In this document: piece by piece, positions 38,874 through 51,100 of the stretch
How positions within the stretch are numbered: the first letter of the stretch is position 1
How the letters are laid out: each line of letters starts with the position of its first letter
Translations under genes and position numbers: made by a program
Source: Okamejei kenojei
Taxonomy: Eukaryota
Assembly (NCBI GenBank): GCA_035221665.1
Contig: CM069152.1
Location: 13,950,001 to 14,014,000 of the forward strand
Reading direction: 5' to 3'
DNA length: 64,000 nt
Notes under the pieces: model-generated
What the model saw: only the letters and a program-made list of their open reading frames with translations
Database searches by the model: none
What the model was told of the DNA's origin: nothing

Positions 38874-39900
38874 TTTTTTTTTTTTTTTTTAATTTTTTTT
38901 ATTGTAGAAACAATATATACCGAGTACACTCTTATACGGCAGTGAAAATTATATAATATACAAAATTATATAATATTGATTATCGATTGATACTGTTTAT
39001 GTTAATTGTAATATTATCCATTATACATTTCCTGGTTATTTATTTTATATAATTGGGAGTGTATGTAGTATATTCCTAAAATAAGCAATATACTCAGACT
39101 TCTCGTACCATAGATATTCTTCTAATTACCAAATACAAATCCCCCCTAATAAAACTACATAATACCCAATCTTAAACAAAGTTCTATGATATTCATAATG
39201 TTATAAAAATATTAAGAATGTTTGTATTATTATTAACTTTATATTTCAAAATTATTATATAGTTGAAAATGCACAATTTTATATAATTACAAATTTAAGA
39301 CATCTATAATCTTTTCATACAAGTAATAATAGGTGTATACATATTAAAAATTTATATAATATGTTTCTATATTTTTTTCCCTAATTAAAGATAGGAAGAT
39401 AGAGAAAGAGAGTAGAAAATAGAAAAGAAAATGTGAGAAGTTTGATGGAGATTAAAATATTACTAAATAATCCATTCTTGGAGATACATTCATGATTTAT
39501 TATATGTATTTCTTCATCATTCAGATATTCAGGCCTCAGTCAAGTCCTGCGCCGAACCATTATGACCCTGTAGATATTTAATGTAGGGAGACCAAATCCC
39601 TTTGAAGAGATCTAACCTGTCCATAAGGACAAGTCTCAATCTCTCCAAGTGAAGTGTCTCCGTCATTTCTGTATTCCACATTTTAATTGTTGGGGATACA
39701 GGGCCTTTCCAAAATTTTAATATTAATTTTTTCCCAATTATTAAAGAATAGTCGATAAAAGTTCTTTGATTCCTTGTAATTATTTGTTCCGTTTCCGGTA
39801 TTCCAAGTATGATTAACTTTGGGTCAGGAATCATAGTAATATTAATAACATTCGAGATTATCTTAAATATTTCATTCCAATATTCTACAATCTTCTACAA
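38874..39900 (-). mobile_element. 5'-truncated L1-clade LINE with polyA tail, nested in an older CR1 fragment
   Basis: ORF2 C-terminus IILGIP...KKLILKFWK...LHLERLR...IWSPYIKYL; long AT-rich 3'UTR; poly(T) on the plus strand at 38873-38890; 17-bp TSD TGCCTCAACTACTTTCT at 38857-38873 and 39901-39917. Confidence 0.88.
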
Positions 39901-42099
39901 TGCCTCAACTACTTTCTATGGCAGCTTGTTCCCATTACCAACTTCCCTGTGTGGATAGTTGCCCCTCCCATTCCTATTAATATTTTCCCCTCTCGCCTAA
40001 CATATGCCTTCTAGTAGCATATCTTGGGTTGGCAAAACACAGAATTTCACTGACTTGTTACACGTGAGAATAAAGTATTTATTCAAACAACAAACTGCAG
40101 ATTCTGGTTGGAGAAAATGGACACAAAGTGCTGGAGTAACTTCAGGTAGCATTGCTGGAGAACATGGATAGGTGATATTCTGGGTAAGACTGGCCCTTTA
40201 GTTCTTAATTTCCCCAACCCTGGGGTGAAAAGACTGCATTCTCCTTATCACTGCCTCTCATCATTTTTGTACATTTCTATAGTTGGCCAAAAATAAACAG
40301 TATGCTCCAAGTGTGGGGCTACCAGCATCCTGTACAATTTTAACTGCCAAAAGCTGCCTTCACCACTCTAATCTACGTGTAATGTCACTCAGGGAATTAT
40401 GCACGTTAAATCTTAAATCCCTCGCCTTTACAACACTTGCAGGGTCTCCACCATTTACCTGTCCTGCCCTGCCCTGATTCGAATTACTAAAATGTAACAC
40501 TCAGTTAATGGAATTAAACACCATTTGCCATTCTTTAGCCCACTTACCCCGGTCAAGAACTCGCTATAATTCTTCATAACCATCTTCACTATCAAACATA
40601 CTATACGTTTTTGTGTCATTTTCACTAATACAGAACGGAGACGAACGTTGAGATGCACCGATGATGTCGCCAACTTTCAAGGTGATAAAAGTTTGCTCAG
40701 CTTGCAATTGAGTACCACAAAAAGATAAAGAATAATAGACGTAGGGAAGACGGAGTGGTTGTGTACTTGTTGATTTTGCTTGTTTGCGCTAGAACAAATG
40801 CGCGTCTGTAATAGATCTGAAGAAGGGTCTCGACCCGAAACAGTACCCATTCTTTCCAGCGATGCTGCCAGTCCCACTGAGTTACACCAGTATTTTATGT
40901 CTATCTTGCATCTATGGGATGTCACCTTGGGATATATTCCATAAAACTGCAGCTTGTGAATTACTTTTGTTAATGCATAGACACTCGCAAGAAATGCAAC
41001 GTCCAAATCGCACACAGCAAATTCTTACAAACAGTAACGTGGCAACCGATCCCGTGATTTTTTTGGAGCCAAAAAATGAATTTACAACTGAAAATAGTTT
41101 CCAACCTGCCGTGTCCAGATTACCCCATCATTAGATTGTTTATCAGAGGGAAGCCTTTGAGCCACATCCAGTGTCCAATTCGACGATTATGCTGGAGAGA
41201 GGATGTGCTTTGTTTGTGGCATGGGGCAGGCAGTCGTTGACAGCAGGTTGCAGCATAACTGCGTGGAGTGGGTGAGAGGGAGAGAGTATGTGGTTCTTTA
41301 GGTCCAGGTCTTTAGGTCGCCGGTTATGTCTGGCTGGGGTCACCGCATGGTGTTTTTTTTCTTTCAATGCTGCGGATCGCCGTTTCTGACTGAACGACAA
41401 CATTGTATGGCCAACAGAAGTCCTGCAATCGGGAATGGAAGAGGTCCGAGTTGCACGTTTGTAACATGTGCAGTTGCTCTCCTTCCACGCGTACCTACAG
41501 GGACCGATAAGGGAACGCAACGTTGTGTCCGTCCACTCCCTCCAAGGTACGTTGTGTCCGGCTGTGGTTTACATTGGTCCAGGCACAGCTACCGCATCGA
41601 CACTCGATGGTAATCTAGACGCCTCCCTCAAACTTTATTACTCCAGTAATATTTTTTAAATCCAATTCTGTTTCAAATTTGATTTTACTTTTATGAAGCT
41701 GGACAGGAGAGTCCATCAATGTTTAACCATGATACAAGGCTAGCGACCTGAAACGTTATCTCTGTCCCCGTCTCCACGTTGCTACCTCCCACGCTGAACA
41801 TCTACGTTTCTTGTCTTTTTAATTTCGGATTCCCATCATCTGCTGTTTCTGCTTTTGAAAGTTCACTTCTTTGCACTTCACTTTTTTCGTGCCTGCTCTA
41901 TTCTGAGCCTTTTATTTCACGTCTGTGAAAGTATAAATCAACCCTGTTAAAAAATACTGACCACTCATGATGAGAATAAAGTCACTTTAATTATCCCGAA
42001 AAAAAGGGGGGGGGGGGGGTATTAACAATTCTAGAACAACCACACCATTTTCTGAATTACATAACCCATGTGTCCGGACTCTGACCATTCAGTTACTGC

Positions 42100-42191
42100 T
42101 CACAGCGAATCGTTCCGAACCGCAGGATCCCCCCGCTGCTGTTTGCCGCTCCGGATTTGAGATGTAATCAATGCAGGCATTTTATCACTCA
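42100..42191 (-). CDS. GNPTG: GNPTG exon 11 (stop)
   Basis: tttctcag|TG AGT GAT...CTG TGA; [30 protein letters not shown], with the conserved RGDP tail; AATAAA on the minus strand at 41911-41916. Confidence 0.88.
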
Positions 42192-45100
42192 CTGAGAAAC
42201 AAGGAACATTATTTTAGTTGTGACTCTGGTACAGAGCTGAAAACCTCTGCACCAATCTCTCTCATAAGCCCCTTTCCCAACACACTCTCAACGCAAAAAC
42301 AAAACTTGTTGCCTCCACATTACTCCCATCCTCACACCCAAAATTACCTGGCATTAAGCAGTTCTTCAACTGAACAGCAACGGGAGAATGTGAAATGTGA
42401 AGCAAATTCTTCAATAAACAATTAAAAATATTAAAAAGAGGCGCCTCAAAATAAGGGGTTGGACACCTAAAGAAGATGAGAAGAATTTTAAATGAGAAGA
42501 ATTTTCTTTCGTCAAGACTGGCGAATCCCTGGACCTTTCTAACAAAGTGCTCAATTGTTCAGTATATGCAACCTGCTTTCAAGTAATATGCAGCTTCAGA
42601 TATCATCTACAGCTATTTCATGTAACCCTGAAAGACAAAGAATGCTAAATTGAACTGGACAGTGATTGGGTTGTGCCCAGCTACAGGACTGTCAGAGATG
42701 CATCCATTATAAGCAACTTCTAACTGGTGGCTCTGGGGAGGATTAATGGGTTCAAGGATTGACATTGTATCTCTTATTTATCCAAGTACAATTTATATTA
42801 AGGGAATGTTCAGGAAATTGGTGCTGAACTGAAGCGTCAGCCACAGTATTATTGAAAGATGGAAGAGGTACGAGAGGCTGAACAGCCTTTCTACTTGTAA
42901 TGTTCTGATGATAGCCAGAATGAACAGCTCATGCAGCAGAAAAGCGAGATTGAACATAGAATTCAAACAGGTGGGGTATCAGACATAATGGGTGAATAAC
43001 TTACACATTGTTCCCTCAGCCATGCTCTCTATTGTCGGGCAACAGGAAACCCCAAGACCTGATTTCTTGACCCAGATCAGATCACACTGTCAGCATCAGG
43101 GAGGCACTCTGGATCACTCAATGAGTACCGTCCTTTGGGCCTGTAAGGAAGGAGTGACTTGTAATGAGCAAGAAATACTGACCAGGCAAGATCGTGGAAA
43201 TGTTGTGGCGTGCCAGGATATCCTTCAACATTTGTATCTCTTCTGAGAGTTTATTCCGCTCCTAAAATGGAACAAAGGAACAAATTCAAGAAACAGCTAA
43301 TGGAAAGAGTTGCATTAAATTGATTTCACAGTCTGAGTTTTTTTTTTAAACGGGTAACTAAAAAAATTGTCAAGTCAAGGCAGCAACCATGATTTACATG
43401 GACTCCAACAAGGCTTTTTAAAAGGTCCTGCAGAGTTATTGTCCAGAAGGTTGAGCCACGAGGAATCTAAAGCATGTTCACAAACGGAATCCAAAATTGG
43501 CTTGGTAATAAGAGATAGAAGATAATGGTCTGGAAGTCTGTAGGAAGTGGTGTATTGCAAGGATTGGTGTTGGAACCTCTGTTGTTTGTTACACGATTTG
43601 TATGAGAATGTAGGTCATCTTAGTTTGCTGAGGACACAAAAATTATTGAAGTTTAGATAGTGAAGGAGGTTGCCCAAGGATACTGAGAAACAAATCAGCT
43701 GAAAAGTTGGGTGGAACAGTTGCAGATGGAATGCAATCCAGGCAAGTGTAAATGGCAGAGACCTCAGAAGTATTGATGTACAGAGCAATGTTCAAGTGCA
43801 AGTTCACATTCCCCTGAATTGGTGTCACATAGAGCAGTGAGGTATTCCACGTGCTCTCCTCAGTAGACCAAGGCATTGAGTGGTAAGGAAATCTAAAATT
43901 TGAGGGGACGGGTGAGAAATTTAAAATGAGATCTGAGGTGATGGTTATATGAAATAAACCAACAGGAAGTGGTGGGGACAGAAACTATTAATGTTTTAAA
44001 GGCATTTGCTCAGGTACAGAGGAGTGGTATGTTCCATCTGAAAGGTGGGAGATCAGGGAGAAATTAAGTGTTCCTGACACCTACACTTCTATGAAATGTG
44101 TCCAAATGCAGTTCCTCTCAAACTGCATGAGAGGAGCTGCAGATCACTTCACAGCTATGTGACATGCTATATACAGGATTGTTTATTTTTCCGTGGAACC
44201 TTGTGTTTTCAAAATATATTCTCAAATGCTGGTATAAAATTGAAAGAGATGGTTCCTGAGGCAATGCAGCTATGAAATATGGACTGAAGAAAAACCCGCT
44301 CCACTCGTTCTTCATTCTGCCCACTACCCAACAAGCAATCTCTGGGAGTCAAATCTCAAACAGAATCAATCAATCATAAGTTGCCTTAAGTCAACACTCC
44401 TCCAAATCAACTCTCCCCTTATTACTATGTTCCATATTCCCACACCAAATCACACGATCCCCTAGTACCCTACCTCATTGCACCGACTTAGTGTCTCCTC
44501 TTGAGAGTGATTTTGTTGCTTGGTTTCTATTTCCTCTTGACCAGTTTTCAAGTAACCCGCATCTTCAAATATTGCTTGAAGCAATTTCCTGTAACCCTGA
44601 AATACACAACACATAAATGGACCTAGATCGTGATTTGCATTGCACCCATCAACAGTGCGCTGTGAGAGAATACTCAGATTGGAGCTGGTGGCGCTGGAGA
44701 GGAGCAATGTGATTCAGGACAGCTGGAGTTTCCCTTCACTTGACTGGTTGATCCTAGCTGTGACGTTACAAAACTTAGGACCTTGGATAAAGGGCAGAGT
44801 GGCAGAGGAAGTAAAGTCACTACCTCATGGGCTCAGACACGCAAGTTTAATCCTGACCTGAGGTGCTGTCTGTGTGGACCAAAGATCCTATGGCTCCGCT
44901 ATAGGATCTTTGGTGTGGACTGTGACAGTGTGAGCTTTCTCCTATTTCGTCCCACATACAAAAATGTGGCTTGATAGGTTACTGTTAATAGCCTCTATTG
45001 TCTAGAATAGTGGAATCTGCAGGGAATTGGTGAGAATGAGGCAAATTTTGAAAGTTAAGTAGGATAAGTGTAAATGGAATGTTGAGGGTCGACATGCAGT

Positions 45101-48100
45101 CTGTGGACCGAATGGACCATTTCCTTGTTGCATGTCTTTGATGCTGTGGCAAGTCAGTTGATTCTCTTGCCTTTTCCTCCAGCACACCCCATAACTTTCA
45201 TTCATGCGCTTTCAACAGGCAAGTCTTTTGACATCATAATTTCCTTTCACCACAGTTGAAAAGGTCTGATCCATTTCACACATCATTGCTCTTATCCCTT
45301 TCTCCAGTCCAACTTGTTCAAACCAAGAAAAAGCTCTCCTTATCCAGGTTTTCAGATTCAAAAGGAGCACTTAGATCAGTTTAAAGATACAGTGTGGAAA
45401 TAGGCTCCTCAGCACACCAAACCCACACCAACCAATGATCACCCATACACTCCCTCTATCCTACACACTAGGAACAATTTAAAGAAGTCAATTAACCGAC
45501 AAAGCTACACGCCTTTGGAATGTGGGAGCACCCGGAGGAAACCCACGTGGTCACAGGGAGAACTTATAAACTTCATACAGACAGCACCGTAGTCAGCATT
45601 GATCCTGGATCTCCGGCGCTCTACGGCAGCAACTCCACCGTTGCGCCATTGTACGCAATTATCTTTTTTTCTCTGAAATTTCCAATACCTGTACCTCCAA
45701 AATAATGAAATTTTCCCTCTATTTCCCCTTTAGAATTACAAAGAGACGGTTCTCTCTAACACGCGTGGATTGCGGTCCCTATTATAGTACATTTCCATTT
45801 CTAGTAGATAAAACTCCTGTCATTTTTCTACTTTCTCATCGTCATCCTCCTCAGTTTTCTCAGTGAAGCACTGATTTACTTATGTTCAAGATAATATGTT
45901 TATTGAGGACCCCACAAGCAGATTTGGTGACTGCTTTGTGAAACACAGGGCTGACCCGTGCTTCCAGTTACTTGTTCTTTTAATTCGGTCTCATTCCAAC
46001 TGTCCTCAGCTCTCCCATCCAAATCTTAATGCAAGTTCAAGCAAAAACGCATCTTCCGGCAAAGCATACTATACCCTGACATGTTCAATTTCAAATAATC
46101 ATATATTATTTGCGATTTCCAGCATTCCATCCATCAGCCTCTGGTAGTCACAATTGTTCTGAATATACAGTTCCTCCAGACTGACCCTCCAGACTGACCC
46201 GCCATCTTTTCTTGCTTTGTATCAACATTCCTTTCGTCATTAAATCTCTCTTGCTTCCCATTTTTCACAGAACTTTTGTAGTTGCCTCTCTTGACCTGGC
46301 TTGATTTGGTCTGAAGTAGGGCCCCCATTCGAAACATCACCTGTCCATTTTCTCCAGAGATGCTGCCTGACCTGCTGAGTTACTCCAGCATTTTGTGTTT
46401 ATCTTTGGTATAAACCAGCAACTGCAGTTCCTTATTATTATTATATTATCTTTTGACCCCTTTCTCCGTATTTAAAAAACTCAACTTTCCCAGTGCTTAT
46501 CAAACCTCCAACACCCAAAATAATTTTTGTTAGACTTTTAGATTTCAACGATTGCAGAATTTTGCTTTCTATTGGCATGATTAAATGTTGGATGAAGTCT
46601 GCTTGCGCCCATGTCTAGACATACTGGTCCCATAAACAGGATTTTAGTTTTCCAGCTTCCATGCCACTATTCTCTAGTAATACTGATAATTATTGTGTTT
46701 AACTCCTTCAGACAACTCCTTCATTCCCTTACCCATAAACCAGATATCACAGTTGTTATCCTTTTAATCTCATTATTAGTTTGCATCCATTCACACTGAG
46801 CCCCAGCTGAACACAACGTACTTGCTGAGTAATGAGGCCATCATAAAGTGACTGTTCAGCCTGGTCCCATCTCTTCTGCAGCTCCTCCTTCAGATTAGGG
46901 TAAACTACAGAAATAAACAAATCTTAGCAGGTGTTGTGTTGCTGTCTTCCCCATTCCAACACTCACCACACACAATTTCACTCACATTCACCACTCCAGA
47001 GCACCCCATCAAAAACACCGCCTCCTCATCACAACACAGTCCCTTAAACGCGTCATCCCATCTTCAATCCTTTTATGTTTCCCCAAATATGTCAGCCTCT
47101 CGTCCTCTCTGACAAAATGCACCCATATCATATCCAGACCCTGGTTGGATGGAAGTATGTTATAATTCTCAGGTGTGGGAAGGCACAATTCAGTTGCACT
47201 GCAGACCCTATTCCAGGAGGGAGTGATAACGCCACTTTACCTGAAGCCATCCTCAGCTCTCTCATGTTCTGAGGAATGACTTCCTTACTCACCCAGGAGT
47301 GATTGGGGATGGCAGACTAATGGTGTTTCGAAGGTGAGCCAGTAGATGCAAGTGTTGGGCTCAGAAACATGAGCCAGTTTGTGGCTGGTTCCACATGTGA
47401 AAAGGACCTGTGAATGAGAGAGAAGAGTTTCATTTGGTAGAGCAGAGGAGTGGCAGCGTTATTAACGATCACATTGCCCGATTAACCCAGGGTCTGACCG
47501 GAGCCGTGAGAGACTAACCACCTTGTGAGGCAAACCAACACCCCCCCCCCCCCCCGCTAATGGCTGAGTGCATTGTCGCAGAGCCCGATTAACCCAGGGT
47601 CTGACCGGAGCCGTGAGAGACTAACCACCTTGTGAGGCAAACCAACCCCGCCCCCCCCCCCCCCCCGCTAATGGCTGAGTGCATTGTCGCAGAGCCCATG
47701 CTGGTTTCTCGCTGTTAGCTTATCTGACACTGGTTACTTATTAGGTACACTCTAGCAGAATGAGGGTTTTGAAAATATTGGTTTCCGGCTCCCTATTCCC
47801 TCAGCTTGCACATCAATGAGCCTTGAAGTAGTGTCAGTTCACATTCAGTACACTGAGCAAAGGAAAAGGGAACACCTACCTTGGTCTGTCTGTTCTTGCT
47901 GGCACAAGAATCTCCCTCCTTCATCCACATTCCCACAAAGGTGTTGTTTACAATCTCCCATTCCAGCCATATGCTACAGAATAAAAGACAGTCAGATACC
48001 CATTTATTTTTCCTTAATCCTGATTCATCCACGTTCATGCCCCGCCTTAAATGTAACTGCATGACAATTTACCCAATTTCGATCCACATCCCCATTACAC

Positions 48101-51100
48101 TCACCACCTGCTCTAATGGGGATAAACTAAAGTAACAGGTAGCATTCTGACATCAGTTCAATCAGGGGACTCTACCGCTGCCTTGGTGTAAGGCAGTGGT
48201 AGAGTTGATGCCTTACTGCGTCGGACACCCGGGTTTGATCCCGACTACGGTTGCTGTCTGTACGGAGCTTGTATGTTCTCCCCGTGATCGTATGGGTTTT
48301 CTCTGAGATCTTCGGTTCCCTCCCACACTCCAAAAACGTACAAGTATGTATGTTAATTGGCTTGGTATAAGTGTAAATTGTCCCTGGTGTGAGTAGGATA
48401 GTGTTAATGTGTGTGGATCGCTGGTACAGTGCGGACTTGGTGGGCCAAAGGGCCTGTTTCCGTGCTGTATCTTTGAACTAAACTTCATAAGTTTTAACAA
48501 TCAATTGCATTCACTCTCTGACATTTTGAAGCAGGAGAAATGTTTTGATAATATTTCCATTCTTAAAGGATAATCATAAGAGCTTTTTTGGTTTGGTGAT
48601 TTTGTGGATCACATTCAGGGTAAAACTAATTGGAATAAAGCTGGACTCCTGCCAGAAAATGACACGAAATTCACAAAATATACTCAATGTTCTTCAGGAC
48701 TCCAGCTTCAGCCATTTCTTTCTACTATCTCTCTCCCCTTTGGCTCCACCATTAACGACATACCCAAGGATCCCACTGTACGCATTCCAGCGAAATGACT
48801 GCTCATGCTGTGTAACGTTGTGGAAAGGGCAGAATTCGTATTTGTACCTGCAGGAAACAAGACGTCAGCATGAAATTCACACATGAATCAGTAAGAGTCC
48901 ACTATGACCATTGTGCTGGCTCTTTGGTAGAGCTGTTCGATCAGTCTCAATCCCCTGCTCTTTACCCACAGTCCTGCTACATTTTCCCCACAAATTACTG
49001 AACTGTGCGGCAAAAGCACCAGTGAGAGCACCAGTGAAAATGTAGTGGATTTCCAAAGCTCTTTGATAAAGTGCCATGATCACTGAATCAGATTAGAGAA
49101 AAGGGTTAAATGTGGAGTCAGGAAGCGAAAAGCAGCTATACTAAAAAAAATCCAATTAGAGGAAAGCGATTGCCGTTTATTGTGGGAGAAAATAAATAGC
49201 AGGGTCCCAAAAGGATTATTTCTGGGAATGACAATTTATTCGCGATTTAGAAATTGTTTTTATTCTAAATTTGCCATTCATACTAATTTTGGTGGTCTGT
49301 ATATTAATGAATTTGGAAAATTAATTTTAATCCAAGTGCATCAGTGGATTTTGATAAGAAAATAACTGGTCACAGAATGCTAGGAAAATAAAGAAAAAGC
49401 TGTGTAGAGAAACAAATTGATCTAGGAATATAATACATGAAGAGTTGTGACATAGATCGAGGTAGTCATAATAAAATTGAAAAGTAGAGAAATTATGCCA
49501 AACTAATTGCTGATTCTGGCATACCCACTTACCTGCTAGGGTCGGAGTTCCTGCACCTTCTTGAAACTCACCTGCTTCCCATCAAACTTATTTCCCCAGG
49601 TACACTTTAAGATTACCATGTTCATTAGAAAAATGTATTGATCTAGTGAGTAATATCTGAAAAATGTTTTAATTAAAACCAACATTCAACGTCCTGAAAA
49701 TCTACCAGTCTGGCATCACCAACATCAGGAGCATGTTGGGTTAGAATTTTACTGTAAATGCTCATCACATTGGGCCAAATCACATTCCATTTATACAAGA
49801 ATAGAAGAAAATAGGAGGAGGTCTCAAGTCTGATTCATAGCTGATCTATGCCGGACTCAATTCCACTTTTGTGCCAGTTCTCCATAATCCTCAATCGTTC
49901 AAATAATTATCTATCTCCACTTTAAATATATCAAATGATCTGACCTCCACTACCTTTGGGGGCAGAGAATTCCAGAGATACACTACCCCCAGAGAGGAAA
50001 TGTCTCCACACCTCAGTTTTTACATACAGACCTTTATTCTGTAACTATCCTCCCTTGTTCGTGGTTCACCCACCAGTCAAGTAACACTCTATCCTGCGAA
50101 CCCGCACCTCGGAGCTTGTATGTTTGAATAAGGTCACCTTCATTCTCCTAAACTCCAAGAAATACAGATCCAAACTATCTACCTCTCAAACAAAAACAGA
50201 AAACGCTGGAAGTGCTCAGTAAGTCAGGGCACATCTGTGGGTGGTGAAGCAGAGTCAACATTTTAAGTCAGAAACCTTTCGTCAGAACTGTTTCTGTTTT
50301 AGATTTCCAGCATCTGATTTTTGCTAATTAATCACTCTTGATAAAACAACCCTCTCATCCAAGGAATTGGCCTGGTGAATCTCCTTGGGACTGCCTCCAA
50401 AGCTATTCTGTCTTATGTTTAGGTACTGACCATATATGGATGCATAGGTCCCTGTGGCCTGGACTTCCCAATCGAAAGTTTGAAACAGACCGTAGAGGAT
50501 TAGTGTACCATTTAGGCTTTCTCCAGAACACCCTTGCTTTACAGGGGCGCGAACTGGGCAAAGCTGGGCAAAGGATCACCTCTTATCAGACAAGGTTGCT
50601 TTTTAAAGAAGTTTTAAAGGAGTTGGGAGTTATTAAGATTGCTATTAATAAATTATTATTGCTCTTAAGTAGTAGTAGGTCCCTCTCGGTCATGACTGAC
50701 CATGGGTGATGCATCCTGGTCGGATGCAAGCCTGGGCGATGTCATATGGAGGACAGGCTGTTGCCCATGCAGCACGTCCCCCCTCTCCACGTCACTGATA
50801 GATCCAAAGGAACAGCTGGGCCATTACAAGGAGCTCCCGACAAGGGGCTCCGACTCCGGATTTTCTTGAGGTTTACTCCTGGAGCCTTTTCCATGACTGG
50901 ATATGGCCACAAGGCAGTGGAGGTTTTAAATCAGAGTTTTCCCTCTGCTCGATGGACTGCCTTCCCAGGCTGACAAGCCCCATCTGCCCGAGTCTCGTGG
51001 GGGTGAGAGCGTCTACCTTCCCATGCAGGTCTATAGCACCTGCCCACTGCCCAAAAGTAGTATTTTAATTAAAATTATTAAAAGACTCAAGAAACATTAA

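Noticed and set aside
48190-48270. tRNA gene
   Set aside because: Only a decayed tRNA-like SINE head followed by a SINE body; no cloverleaf.
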